From: Selaginella moellendorffii
Taxonomy: Eukaryota; Plantae; Lycopodiophyta
Reading direction: 5' to 3'
Assembly: GCF_000143415.4 (NCBI RefSeq)
Contig: NW_003314514.1
Coordinates: forward strand, 1 to 18,961
Length of the DNA stretch: 18,961 nucleotides
The notes beneath the pieces were generated by a model. It worked only from the letters and a program-made list of their open reading frames with translations. It had not been told where the DNA came from and made no database searches. Both the position numbers and the translations under genes were made by a program. Below are positions 8,094-18,961 of this stretch, piece by piece; the first letter of the stretch is position 1, and each line of letters starts with the position of its first letter.

Positions 8094-9600
8094 TGTTTGA
8101 TTATTCTTGAAAAGTGCTTAGATTTGGGATTTTGGTTTAGATTTAGCTTTTGCATTGTCTAAATTTAGCTTTTTCCATTTCTTTCTTTTATTCTTTCCTT
8201 TTGGGATTTTGGTTTAGATTTAGCTTTTGCATTATCTATATCTCCATTTCCTTCTAATTTTTTTTTATTTCATTTCTTTTGCTCTTTCTTTTCCATTCAT
8301 CTTTATGGTAGAGCAATAATCTCCTCCTCCTTTGACTTTGGAGTAGCATTTTGTACAATTGCTTGATGCTATGTGATTGCAGTTGAACAACCAAACTCAG
8401 TTGATGGCAGTATTCACAACACATGGTAGAACTCTTATTGCTCTTGGTGCCAATCCTCATGTTCAACTAGAGTTCTTTTATGGGAATCTTTAGGGACAAT
8501 GTGTACTATTGGTTCAATCACTTCATAGTGATTGCCATATATCATTCTTGGGATGATACTTGATGTTTGTGTGAGTTTCCCACGTGTTTCCAAGGGATGG
8601 CGCTGTAGTGGTATAATGGTTTGAATATAGCTATTCATGGGGATTAGAGTATTCTTTGAGACGTCTTCAAACACACATTTGGATATGTCAATAATTGTGA
8701 TGATACTTTCCAACAATTGCATCGTCTTTGTTAAGGACCATCTAAATTGGTGATTCAATTTAGCATTTGTTTTCATAGCCTTTTGCTTCATGCGGAGCTA
8801 AATATGTTGGAGCGGATCAAACTAGGAATGTTGTGGCCAATACTTCGTCAAAGTTTTGTAGGACTTGTGCATGCACTTGCTCCAACAACCTCTAACAATG
8901 CTTTTTGTTTGGCACAACATTATGAGACATTGCTTTTTCCACTTCTCGCTACACATATTTTAGCTCCACTTTCTGTGGGAGATGGTTTTGTTTCAATGGA
9001 GGTTGATGTTACTGCTGCTCAGGTTTAAGGACAAGGGTGAGGATGTGGTTATAGTTGTGATATTTGCTACTGAGCATGTAATGAAGTTGGTCACACTTAT
9101 CAGTATTGTTAGTGTTTTCCGGATTGGTAGCTTCCATTTCTTGGGTGGAGACCTTGGCATCAACAATGTCTTGTTGGTATTGTTGCAGTGAAAGGTCTAA
9201 ACATCGAGATGCATCCAGGACATGAGGAGTCATGTGAGTAATGGAGGGACCTTGCACGAATAAGTCAATGACCCCTTCATCTTTCTTTTAGAAGTATCAT
9301 CAAAAGGTTCATTCGGCATCAGTTCATCAAGTGTTTGTTTTCCAAGCTTGTTTTTATAACAAAAGGTCTTTTATTATTCTCTTTGTATCGATTCATACAT
9401 GTTCAAGTTTATCTTCTATTGCTTGACTTGTTACCATATATTACCACCTACATTTGCGTCATGCGGCAGAGTTAGTTTTCATTCTTTATGGCAACGACCA
9501 TACATATGCATATGCACAGGATGAAGTGAACCTAATTGTGTATATAGGTGATCTTGAACTTGGACTGCAGTCATTGCCAGTGGTGCCAAGTTAAGCTTTT
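8094..9600 (-). mobile_element. Probable nested minus-strand LTR-element remnant (3' LTR ~8094-8318, PPT ~8320-8333, decayed internal region)
   Basis: Minus strand reads aaaggaggaggaga-t-tattg...aaca, i.e. a PPT followed by a decayed TG...CA segment with an internal 34-bp duplication. The upstream region is coding-like but stop-ridden with no domain I recognise. The far boundary is approximate. Confidence 0.45.
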
Positions 9601-9789
9601 GACCTCATCCTTAGTATAGGCGCAATCATGCTAAATGTGACTTTGAGGCTTCTTCCCCTTGTCTCATACTTCCTTATATTTTATCCATTCTTTTCACTTC
9701 GAAACATGTTTGTCCCTTTGCTTCTACTTCTACTTTCATTACTTTTGTCTCCCCATTATTTCCTTTTATGTTTCCGTTTTGTTCTGCTT

Positions 9790-12560
9790 TTTATTTTTTC
9801 AATCTCTTAGTTGACAAGCTCATGAAGGAGTATGCCAATCTCTTTGAGTTTCACCTATCGTCTGGGGCCAAGATTGCTATATGTCATCTGATTCCAACCA
9901 GGGATCCTCATCCCATCAAAGTTTCTGTTCATCATCAATCACCCAAAGAGATCAAGATTTTACATGCAAACATCAAGGAGATGTTGGAAAAGGGTGTTAT
10001 TTAAAAGTCACGGAGTCCTTAGGCATATGAACCTCATCTTGTGACGAAGCCTAATGCGAGTATTCATTTCTATATCGATTATCATTCGTTAAACAAAATG
10101 ATGATCTTAGATGTGTATCCTCTTACTCACCTGTTGATTTCTTAGATCATCTAAAAAGAAGTTGTTAGTTCACTAAGTTAGATCTTGCTTCTGGGTACTC
10201 GCAAATACTAATGGGCGAAGAAGATATTCCTAAGAATACTTTTTATACACCATTTAGTTTGTATGAGGTTTTGGTGATTCTGTTTGGTTTGAACAATGCT
10301 TTAGCATTTTTCCAACAAATGATGGATGGGGTTCTTTGTGATATGCTAAAGGTAATTACTAACTTCATTAGTGTTGTTTTGATCCACTCGTAGGGGATGG
10401 GGGAGGAATATATGTTTGTAAAGTGTTAAATCAATTATGGGAAGTTGGTTTAAAGTTGAAGTGGTCGAAGTGTGTATTTGACTCTAATGACACGACTTAT
10501 CTTGAGTACCGTATTTTTCATGAGGGTTTGCAAGTTAATCTTGACAAGCTTGTGGCTATTTTAATGTTCCCTACTCCAAAGTGTGTAAATGATATGTAGT
10601 GCTTCCTGGGTAAAGTGTAGTATCTCAGTTATTTTGGGGATCATCTTTTTTATCACATTGCACTGTTGCAAGTGCTGTCAAAGTCATCAACATCATCTTT
10701 CATCTAGTCTGTGGATTGTGAGTAGGCATTCATGGATTTCAAAAAGCTATTGACGACTCTTCTGGTTTTGGTGTATCCTAACTACACTCAACCTTTCATT
10801 TTGCACATAAATGCTTCTGATATTGGTCTTGGAGGTGTATTGATGCAAAAGAGCTTGAGTGTGTCTAGTTAGCGCCATCCCATTGCATATATAAGACGTA
10901 TATTACAACTAGCAGAAGAAAACTATTTCACGACAGAGATAGAATATTTACTAACAATCTGGGGTTTTGAAAAACTTCATGCATATCTACATGGTTTTTG
11001 GACATTACTGGAAGGTGATGATGCTACCATTACTTCATTATTGAAATGAAAAAACCTGATTGGTCATATTGCTCGGTGGGCTTTGAAGCTTTAGATATAT
11101 AATTTTAATAATGTTCATCACCCAGGGAGTTGCCTTTTCTCGAGCTCCTCTTCCTTATTTGCCCTTTTTTTATGTTTCTAACGAGTGTGTTGTTCTAGCA
11201 TCTGTGGATTTTCTAGACAAGGATTCTGTGTTGTTAGCAGTTGTTGTATTTAATGTTCAATGTCCACAAGGTGTAAAATAGAATTTACCTTCTCTTGATG
11301 AGGTTTGTGAAGCTCAAAAGATTGAGTTATGGATTTGAAGGCTTCGTAATGGGTTTAAAAATTCTACATCACTTGCTAATGACTTCCCTTTCCGGCATTT
11401 ACTTTTTTAATATTATTTTGGAAACAACCTTCTTTATTTTATGGGTACGAATCCTTATGATCATTTATAGTTGGTAGTGCCTTCAATCTTTATTTCATGG
11501 TTCCTCCATGCCTACCATAATTCTCCTATTCTAGGCGGGCATATGGGACATCGTCATGTGACCAAAAAGCTATGTAAGTGTTTTTATTAGCCCGAGATGC
11601 AACGTGATTTTATTCAATATGTGCATAGTTGTGTTTGGTGCTAATCTCATAATACTACCCTTTGTGCTGCAAAAGGATAGTTGGAGTCAATTGCAGTTTC
11701 CCATCCTTTTGAGTTGGTGGCATTTGATCTTATGGGACTTTTTCCATGATTGATTGCTCGTAATGAGTATGTTATTATTACTTTTGACTGTTTAACTTGT
11801 TGGGTGGAAGTTGGTGCTCTTTCTAGCGCCTTTGTAACTATTGTTGAATACTTCCTCCTCAATCAAGTGGTGTTCCAACATTTTTTTCTAGAGCGGATTT
11901 TTTTGGATAATGGTCCCACATTTATCGCTGAGGCATTTTATGTTTTGACGTCTCAGTTAGGGATACGCCATACATTCACACGTGCTTATCATCCACAGTC
12001 AAACAATTTGATAGAACAGCTCATTTAGACATTCAAAAGGATGATCATAAAGCATGTGAATTTTTAGCATTTGGATTGGGATACTTATTTACTGTCTCTT
12101 TGGTATGTAAATGTCACAGGGGTGTAGAGTTTTGTTGGTGCTTCACTATGTAAACTCTTATATGGTCATGATCCAATATTATTAATGGAGTTAGATTTAC
12201 TTTTGTGATTGCCACAAGCTGCCAATGCTAGGTCGTAGGATTAGTATTTGACGGGAATTCTTCCACTTATCCATGCAGAGTCTGCAAAAATCTAGGCCAC
12301 GTACAAGTGGGACAACAATAACACTACAACACCCATCATTGTCCATCTACGGAGTACAAAGTGGATGAATTAGTGTTAGGTTGTTTTCCCCATCTTATGG
12401 TATGTGGTTTATCTAAGGGGCTCTTTGTTCAGTAGAAAGGACCATATCATGTGTTATAGCAAGCTGGACCATAAGTTTATGAGGTTTAGCATGACGTCAA
12501 ACAAGTTAATCCTCCAGAAATTGTGCATGTACAGCGATTGAAACGCTTTGTACAAAGGGA
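9790..12560 (+). pseudogene. Family-Y pol pseudogene: RT, RNase H, integrase (HHCC, core, GPY)
   Basis: KLDLASGYSQILMGEEDIPKNTFYTPFSLYEVLVILFGLNNA; FILHINASDIGLGGVLMQ; YHNSPILGGHMG...C..C; FDLMGLFP; LDNGPTF; RAYHPQSNNLIE; *KGPYHV. Many stops and frameshifts. Confidence 0.9.
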
Positions 12561-12680
12561 TCAGAAACATCTAGTACCATTTATAGATCTACCAATTTCT
12601 CCTCCTAATTTTCTTCTAGATCCTTGCCCATCTACGAGGGAGCTCTAGTGGTCTTCCATTATTTCGAGAGGAAGGGATGA

Positions 12681-12856
12681 TGTGAGGTCCAAGTGTACAA
12701 CTATGATGCCATATATTAATATTGGTGTAGTTGGACTTTAGTAGTTGTTAGATTGGTTTCAATTTGGACCACTCACTCCTATATATAAGCTAAGGTTTAT
12801 GGGTTAATTGATATGCATATTTTTTATATTCCCTTTTCATATTCCATGCACTCACA
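12681..12856 (+). repeat. 3' LTR of family Y (176 bp)
   Basis: Follows the PPT, has inverted termini TGTGAG/CTCACA, and is similar to 7776-7929 and 2734-2901. Confidence 0.85.
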
Positions 12857-13599
12857 TATAAATAATTATTCCTTTAATTACAGACTTATTATTTTTCTCC
12901 TTTTTTATGATCATCTTTTAAAGTGCTATCTATAACACCTAAAATATATGTAAATAATAATATTATATAAAACTTTAAAAACAAATTACCTACTTTTTTC
13001 ATCATCTTCATCATCATATGAGATTATATCATTCAAGGTAGCATGTTTATCACCTTAAAATTATAAGTAATAACAATATATGTATAATTATTTATTATTA
13101 GTTACATATATATTTCTCTTTCTCTCTTATAAGTTATTAATTATTATTTTTATTTCTAATCTATTAAATAAGGAAAAATACAGTAACTTAAAAATTAATG
13201 TTTCTTACATCATTATTTATTATATAGTTAGCAATATAATAATAATATTAAATAAATTTTCTCTAAATTATAAATAAATTATAAGAAAATATGTCTCTGA
13301 TATATTATTTTTTAATTATAGTTAATCACTTGGATCCCTTGGAAATGATGAACTTGAAAAGATTACACAATAGCTAGTGCAAAATTAGTTTTATAATCTT
13401 GTAGTAGAGTAACTAATAGAGCAACAATAGTATGCATAGCATTTTTAGGTTACTTTAGAAAATATAGTGTAAAGCATATACCTAAAATATTTAATATATA
13501 ATAAAATATTCCTTATTCTAAGGGTTATAATTTCTTGCTGTTAAACTTTTCTATAATTCATTTTTATCAAGATTTAATTCTAATATTCTTGGCGGATGA

Positions 13600-13988
13600 G
13601 GAGGGGGGTCTAGTTTCCTATTGGGTGTGTCTATCTTTATTTTACATTTGGCTTAGGTCTAAGCTTAAGATCCATACCATGTTAGCTAGTGGAGTATTTA
13701 TATCCTCAGGCTAGACCATTAATATGTTGAAATAATGCTTTAGCTTTGTTTTACATGTTTGTTTTAATGTTGGGATGTTAAAATTTTTAAATACTATTTT
13801 AGTGTTGTTTTGTGCTCCTGTTTCATCACTCCTTAGTTGCATATTCAAGAGTTGTTCCATACTTTTATTTCTTTGTTCATTAGACATATGCTTAGGAGTT
13901 TGATTCTATCATTTTGTTTAGTGGCCTAAGGCCCTAAAACTTAGGTGTTGCCCTTAGCACACATATCTCAAAAGTTAGGTCTATTCCA
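13600..13988 (-). repeat. Family-B LTR-like copy (reverse of 1380-1800)
   Basis: Shared blocks gtttagtggcctaaggccctaaaacttagg and ttagctagtggagta. The left boundary is approximate. Confidence 0.6.
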
Positions 13989-14089
13989 ATTAAAATGTGA
14001 AAATCATGATTTTGTCTTAAGCATATGCTAGAAGATAAAGATGATTTTATCTTGAAGCATATGCTAAAAGATAACCATGCAAAGTAAAA

Positions 14090-14388
14090 GAGGATCCATG
14101 ACAATCAAAAGGTGGTAATATACCCATACAAGCAATAACTTGATAGATATAAAGGAATTCAAAGTGCTCAACCACATGTTGTGTGGCATCAGAATTAATA
14201 ATAAGAGTAAAAAACAACTAATAGTTAATAAAGCACCAGCAACATGAGTATGATTGTGTTGAAAATCCTTAGTTAAAAATAAAATAGGAGAAGATGAGTC
14301 ATCAATAGTAGTATATGTCTATTGTTGTTATCTATTAGAACTAGTAGCAATATAAGCTTCAGGGACTTGCCATGGATGAGGAATAACA
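14090..14388 (-). mobile_element. Possible decayed Ty1/copia gag-protease fragment
   Basis: Minus-strand LIINSDATQHVVEHFEFLYIY resembles the copia protease W-x-x-DSGA-x-x-H motif. This is a single degenerate motif only. Confidence 0.3.
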
Positions 14389-14836
14389 TGAGAAATTGAA
14401 TAAGTATTATTTAGACGTTGACAAAAAAATTAGGAAATATGGCCAAAACGATTTTAAATATATAGTAGGGATGGGCGTGGTTGACCAACCTGAAACATCA
14501 TCTAACTTCTTATTAGGCATGTTTATTTTTGTTTTATGTTTGGCTTAAGTTTAAGCCCAAACTTTGTACTATATTAGCTGGTGGAATATCTTTATGTTAG
14601 GCCACCATTATGCTAAAATAGTCCTTTAGCTCCATTTTATGTGATAGTTTTGATATTGGAATGCTAAAAGCTCTATTCCTTATTCCTTATTTGTTCTTAT
14701 TCCTTTGTTCATTAGCTTTATATATACTCAAGAGTTTTGTTCATCCCTTTGTTTAGTGGCCAAGGCCCTAAAACTTAGGTGCCACTCTATTGCCATTAGC
14801 ACATATATATATAAGCTTTTAAATTTGGATTTCTCA
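14389..14836 (-). repeat. Family-B solo LTR (448 bp)
   Basis: Perfect inverted termini TGAGAAAT...ATTTCTCA, with internal similarity to 1380-1840 (inverted) and 13625-13988 (direct). Confidence 0.7.
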
Positions 14837-14839
14837 TAA

Positions 14840-17800
14840 TGTCACTAACCCCAATACTATTTAAACTTAAGGACAATATTTTAAAACCCTTAACTGATTA
14901 AAAAAAAGGGGTGCACTTTTATTTATCCCTTTATATTTGAACTCTATAGATCAATGTCTCAAATCATTCCCTTTGGTTGTTTATAATTCATTATATTTCT
15001 CTATACAGTTGCAACTCTTTTGAAACTGTACAAGTCAAGCCCAACTGGAATAAATTAGACTTGCCAAATGTTAATCTCAACACATGGTATGATTCCTCTA
15101 GCTAACTAAATGTCAAACCCGAGACCCTTTTAATACCAAATGTAAGCTCCTAAATTCAAATTTTTTGGGATGTCGCCCAATTTAGTTTATTCAAACCCAA
15201 GAACACTTAACCCCAAGTATTCCAAGACCTCTAACTGATTAAAAAAAAGGTTGCACTTTTATTTATAGGCCTTTCCCCTTATATTTGAACCTCATATATC
15301 ATCTCTCGAATCAATTAGAAACTAACACACGAATCAATTAGAAACTAACTTGAGACCTTCAATCCCCAAGAAGGCTCATGCAAGTGGTCGTGAGTAAGGA
15401 TAAACTTGATATTACTAGAATACTCCAAGTTGTGAGAAAATAAATGTGCATTGGTGATAAACTGGAATACAATAGAGAAGTGCTAACTTTCCCCCTTAAC
15501 TACTCTTACATGGTGGCAACTACCATTTCTTCATGAGTCATGACTGTCAATTATGGAGCTTTACACTTTCTTTAGAGAGCTGGTCATTGATGTATTGTGT
15601 TTCCACGCATACAATCCTCTAAAAGGACATATCTTTAGAGTTAGGATTTTGCTCTTTGCAATGGAGTGTCAAGTTTGAGTCCCTGTGGTAACTTTCTTGA
15701 GTTTTTTCTTTATTGGTGTGGTAGTGTTGGAGAAGCTTGCTTTGTGTTGGTGTTTGGCATGTTTATTGATGAGTCATAAAAGATTCATTAGTCTCTAAGT
15801 CTTGTTTTTTGTTAAAGTTCTTCAAGTTGTTATTTTTCTTCATGTTGTTTTCTTAAGCTTGATTTTTCTTGGATTTTTGAATTTGAGCTTTATGTTTTTT
15901 GATTGTGTTAAGTTTTTGAGCTTGAACTTTGTAAATCTTAAATATGAATATGTTGAAATCTTGAGTTTGAGTTTTCATAGTCTTGATCTCTTGATCTTCA
16001 TGCCTGTAGTTCTTCTTGATGTTTCATTCTCGATCTTTAAAATTGAAAACCTTCATTTCTTTCAATGTCATTTTTTATGATGTTTGAGTCGTATGATTAA
16101 TATTTCTTGAGCTTGTTAAGGTTGACAGTTTGGAGATGCTCGCCATCGAATGTTACAATTGTTGCCATTCCTGGAGCTTTAAATTTTTGGATGAGGAATG
16201 GTCCTTCCTATCTTGAATTCACTCTCAAACCAATGTTTTCAATATTTCTTAGAAACCAGAGTACTTGATCATTGATCTTGAATTCTTCATTTTTCTTTAA
16301 TCTTCTTTTTTTTGTTATGGTTGGTTTTTCTTCAAGCTTGAATGGCTTCGAGTGTCTAAATTGCTTATAATCTTTCTTCGTTAAGTTTTTTTAGTGTTAC
16401 TAATCTTTTCTTAATTAATTTTTCTTGGTTGATCTTGCAGTGTATTGCCATTCGCAATGAAGAAACAATGTACTTCAATGGTGTTAGGGCTTCTAAGCCA
16501 TAAGCAAGCTTGAATAGTGTCAAATTTGTTGAAACCTTGTATGTTGTTCAATATACCCATAGGGCATTGTAAATGTGATTGTCCCAATCTTTCTAATTTG
16601 TTTTCATTATTTTGTTGAGGATGTTCTTAAGTGTCTTATTTATCAACTCTGCTTAACTGTTGCCTTGAGGGTAATATGGTGTTAAAGTCTTATGTTTGTT
16701 TCGCTTAAAGCTTGTTATGAGTAGTCCTATAATTGAAATAGTTCTAGTGGTGTTGTTGGATGAAGCTCTTGAGTTTGTTTCTTTGGTGTGTACTTGGTTT
16801 GTTGACAAATGTTGCATTCTCAACAAAATTTTGCTAAGTTATGCCAAAGTGTTAGCCACTAGAGTCCTGCTTGCAAAATCTTATGAGCTGTGATTTCTTC
16901 TGTGAAGTGGCCTCTTGCTTGTCCACAGTGGGCTTCTTCAAATAAATCTTGAGTTCTTCAAATTGTACACATCTTCATAGTACATTGTCTTATCCTTTTT
17001 TGTACAATCTTCCTCCCACAACTGAATATGGTCTTGTCCTTAAGACAAATTATTTATGGTGATTAGAGATGGAGTATCGACTTAGTATTATTGTTGTTAT
17101 GAGGTAGTAGTATATGTCATTCGTCCATGTTGATGATGTGTGGATGCAAAGTATGTTGGAGTCAGGAAAGTCATCCATGTTGTATTTTAGTTGTTCACTA
17201 GTTGTAAGGTTGGCTTATACATGTTGTTTGCCAGGTTTGTAAATAATCTTGAAGTTGTATTCTTGAAGTAATAAGAACTATCAGGCAATTCTACGGATGA
17301 AGATGGTCTTGTTGAGGAGGTGTAAAAGTGCTTTGTGGTCAACCATGCTCTTGACTTTAGTGCCGAGTAGGTAGTGTCGAAACTTTTATAGTGCATAGAC
17401 CATTCCTAAAACTTCTTTTTCAATGGTGGTGTAGTTCATCTTAGCTGAGTTGAGTCTTCGGCTCGTATAGTAGATTGGTCGGTCTTTGAGGTCTTGTTGT
17501 GAGAAAGTATTGCTCTGATGGCATAATTAGAGGCATCGATATGTATTGAAGTCTTTGTCCTAGTTTGGTTGGGCGAGTATTGGAGCCCTTGTTAAGGAAT
17601 TCTTGAGCATGTCGAATGCTTGTTGGCAATCTTGAGTCCAGTTGTAAACATGATTTTTCTTCAAAAGATCTATAAAGGGTTTTGCAATCTTCACATAATC
17701 TTTGATGAAGCGTTGATGGTATTTCATTTTGCCGAGGAAGGATCGTAGTCTAGTGGTGTTTGTTGGGTGTTGCATATTGATGATGGCAAGAGTCTTAGCT

Positions 17801-18003
17801 TTGTCAATGAGGATGCCTTTTTTGCAGATGATGTGTCCAAGTAGGATGCCAGATTTGACGAAAAAGGTAGATTTGTCAGGGTTTAAGGTGATGTTGTTCT
17901 CTTGACATTTGATGAAGCATTTCTCAAGATGTTGGGGATGTTATTTTTTGCTGTTAAAGATGCTGAAGTCATCCATAAAAACTCACATGAAGTTGGTGAG
18001 GTA
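14840..18003 (-). mobile_element. 3' half of a degenerate Athila-like Ty3/gypsy element (family X): pol 18003-16097, low-complexity 3' spacer, PPT ~15487-15497, probable LTR beyond
   Basis: VFMDDFS (RT); [33 protein letters not shown] (RNase H); YYPQGNS*AELINK and TLFKLAYG (integrase); SR*EGPFLI...VNLNKLKKY*; PPT aagggggaaag. LTR limits are uncertain. Confidence 0.8.
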
Positions 18004-18961
18004 ATATAGTGCTTTCAATCTTTATTCTACTCTTTCTTTATGCTTACCATGACTCTTCTATTCTAAACAAGTATATTGTACATTATCATGTGACTAAGAA
18101 GCTACACATGTCTTTTTATTAGTCAAAGATGTGATATGATATTATTTGATATATATATATAGCTATGTTTAATGCCAAACTCATAATACTCTTCATGTTA
18201 CAGAAGGACAATTGGAGTTAATTGTAATTTCCCATCCATTTAAGTTGGTGATGTTGATTTGATAGGGCCTTTTTCCATAGTCAATTCATGGCAATGAATA
18301 TATCATTATTGCCTCTAACTACTTGATTCATTGGGTGGAAGCTAGTGCTTTTGTTAGTGCATTTGTGACTATTGTTAAATACTTCTTCCAAAATTGAGTG
18401 GTATTCTAGCATTCATGTTTATAGTAGATTCTCTCAAATAAAGTCTCATATTTATAGTTAAGATATTTCACATTTTAATGTCTTAGGTAAGGATACACAA
18501 CACTTTCACAAGTGCTTATCATTTATGAACCAATGGTTTGGTATAATAGCTTATTCAGACTTTCAAAAGGATGATTAGGATTTAAATTGGGATGATTATT
18601 TGCCACTTCTTTAGTATACATATGGTATAGGGGTACAAAGTTTCATTAGTGCTTCACCATATGAACTTATATATGGTCATGATTTGATATTATCAATGGA
18701 GTTGAATTCACCTTTACAATTGCTATGAACTACCAATGCTAAGTCTTAGAATTAGTGTTTAACGAGCATTTTTCCACTAGTTCAAGTAGCATTTATTAAA
18801 CATTTAGTATAGCACACATGGTTTTCACCCTTTATTCTATAGTGATTTATTATAGAATAACTATGAAGCAGAACCTAAATTTTTTATATGCAACATGTCC
18901 AAGGACAGCGGAGTGGAACCCGAGTTTTAGGGCCTTAAGCCATTAAACAAAGGAATGGAAT
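17484..18961 (+). repeat. Long direct repeat, copy 2 (matches 1-1477)
   Basis: Near-identical to the window start and runs to the last base of the window. Confidence 0.97.
18004..18814 (+). mobile_element. Duplicate of the family-Y integrase fragment at 520-1330
   Basis: Part of the near-identical terminal repeat. Confidence 0.8.

Larger units (their letters stand above)
7776..12856 (+). mobile_element. Degenerate LTR-bounded Ty3/gypsy retrotransposon (family Y) with nested insertion
   Basis: 5' LTR TGTGAG...CTCACA (7776-8074), PBS-like TGGTGGTGGTGAGGGG at 8076, pol remnants, PPT gagaggaagggatga and 3' LTR TGTGAG...CTCACA (12681-12856). No convincing target-site duplication seen. Confidence 0.85.

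Noticed and set aside
7856-8234. Short repeats that might suggest a CRISPR-like array (also 14003-14075 and 15307-15349)
   Set aside because: Only two or three copies each, with no unique regular spacers; they are local duplications in eukaryotic LTR sequence.
13080-13277. Hydrophobic small ORFs (also 9628-9810, 15802-16080, 16696-16893)
   Set aside because: They are expected by chance in AT-rich or T-rich TE DNA and carry no family signature.

Overview
Eukaryotic plant genomic DNA, most likely a Selaginella-type lycophyte. This is inferred from the GC-rich PLS-class PPR repeats with an 'xDLEGIxPD' motif and from 47-68 bp introns. The first 1,477 bp recur almost identically at 17484-18961, so the window looks like one ~17.4-kb unit of a tandem array, a circle, or an assembly overlap. 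Most of the unit is nested, heavily degenerate Ty3/gypsy LTR-retroelement debris. Between two same-family LTRs lies a ~4.9-kb gene island. It holds (i) a multi-exon, ~357-aa compact eIF2alpha-kinase (GCN2/PEK)-like kinase on the minus strand that the ORF track only partly shows, (ii) head-to-head with it, an intact intronless FCP1/SCP-type (NIF, HAD) phosphatase, and (iii) two truncated PPR fragments fused back-to-back. The most interesting observation is the divergent kinase-phosphatase pair inside a repeated, TE-embedded unit. Its function is a hypothesis only.
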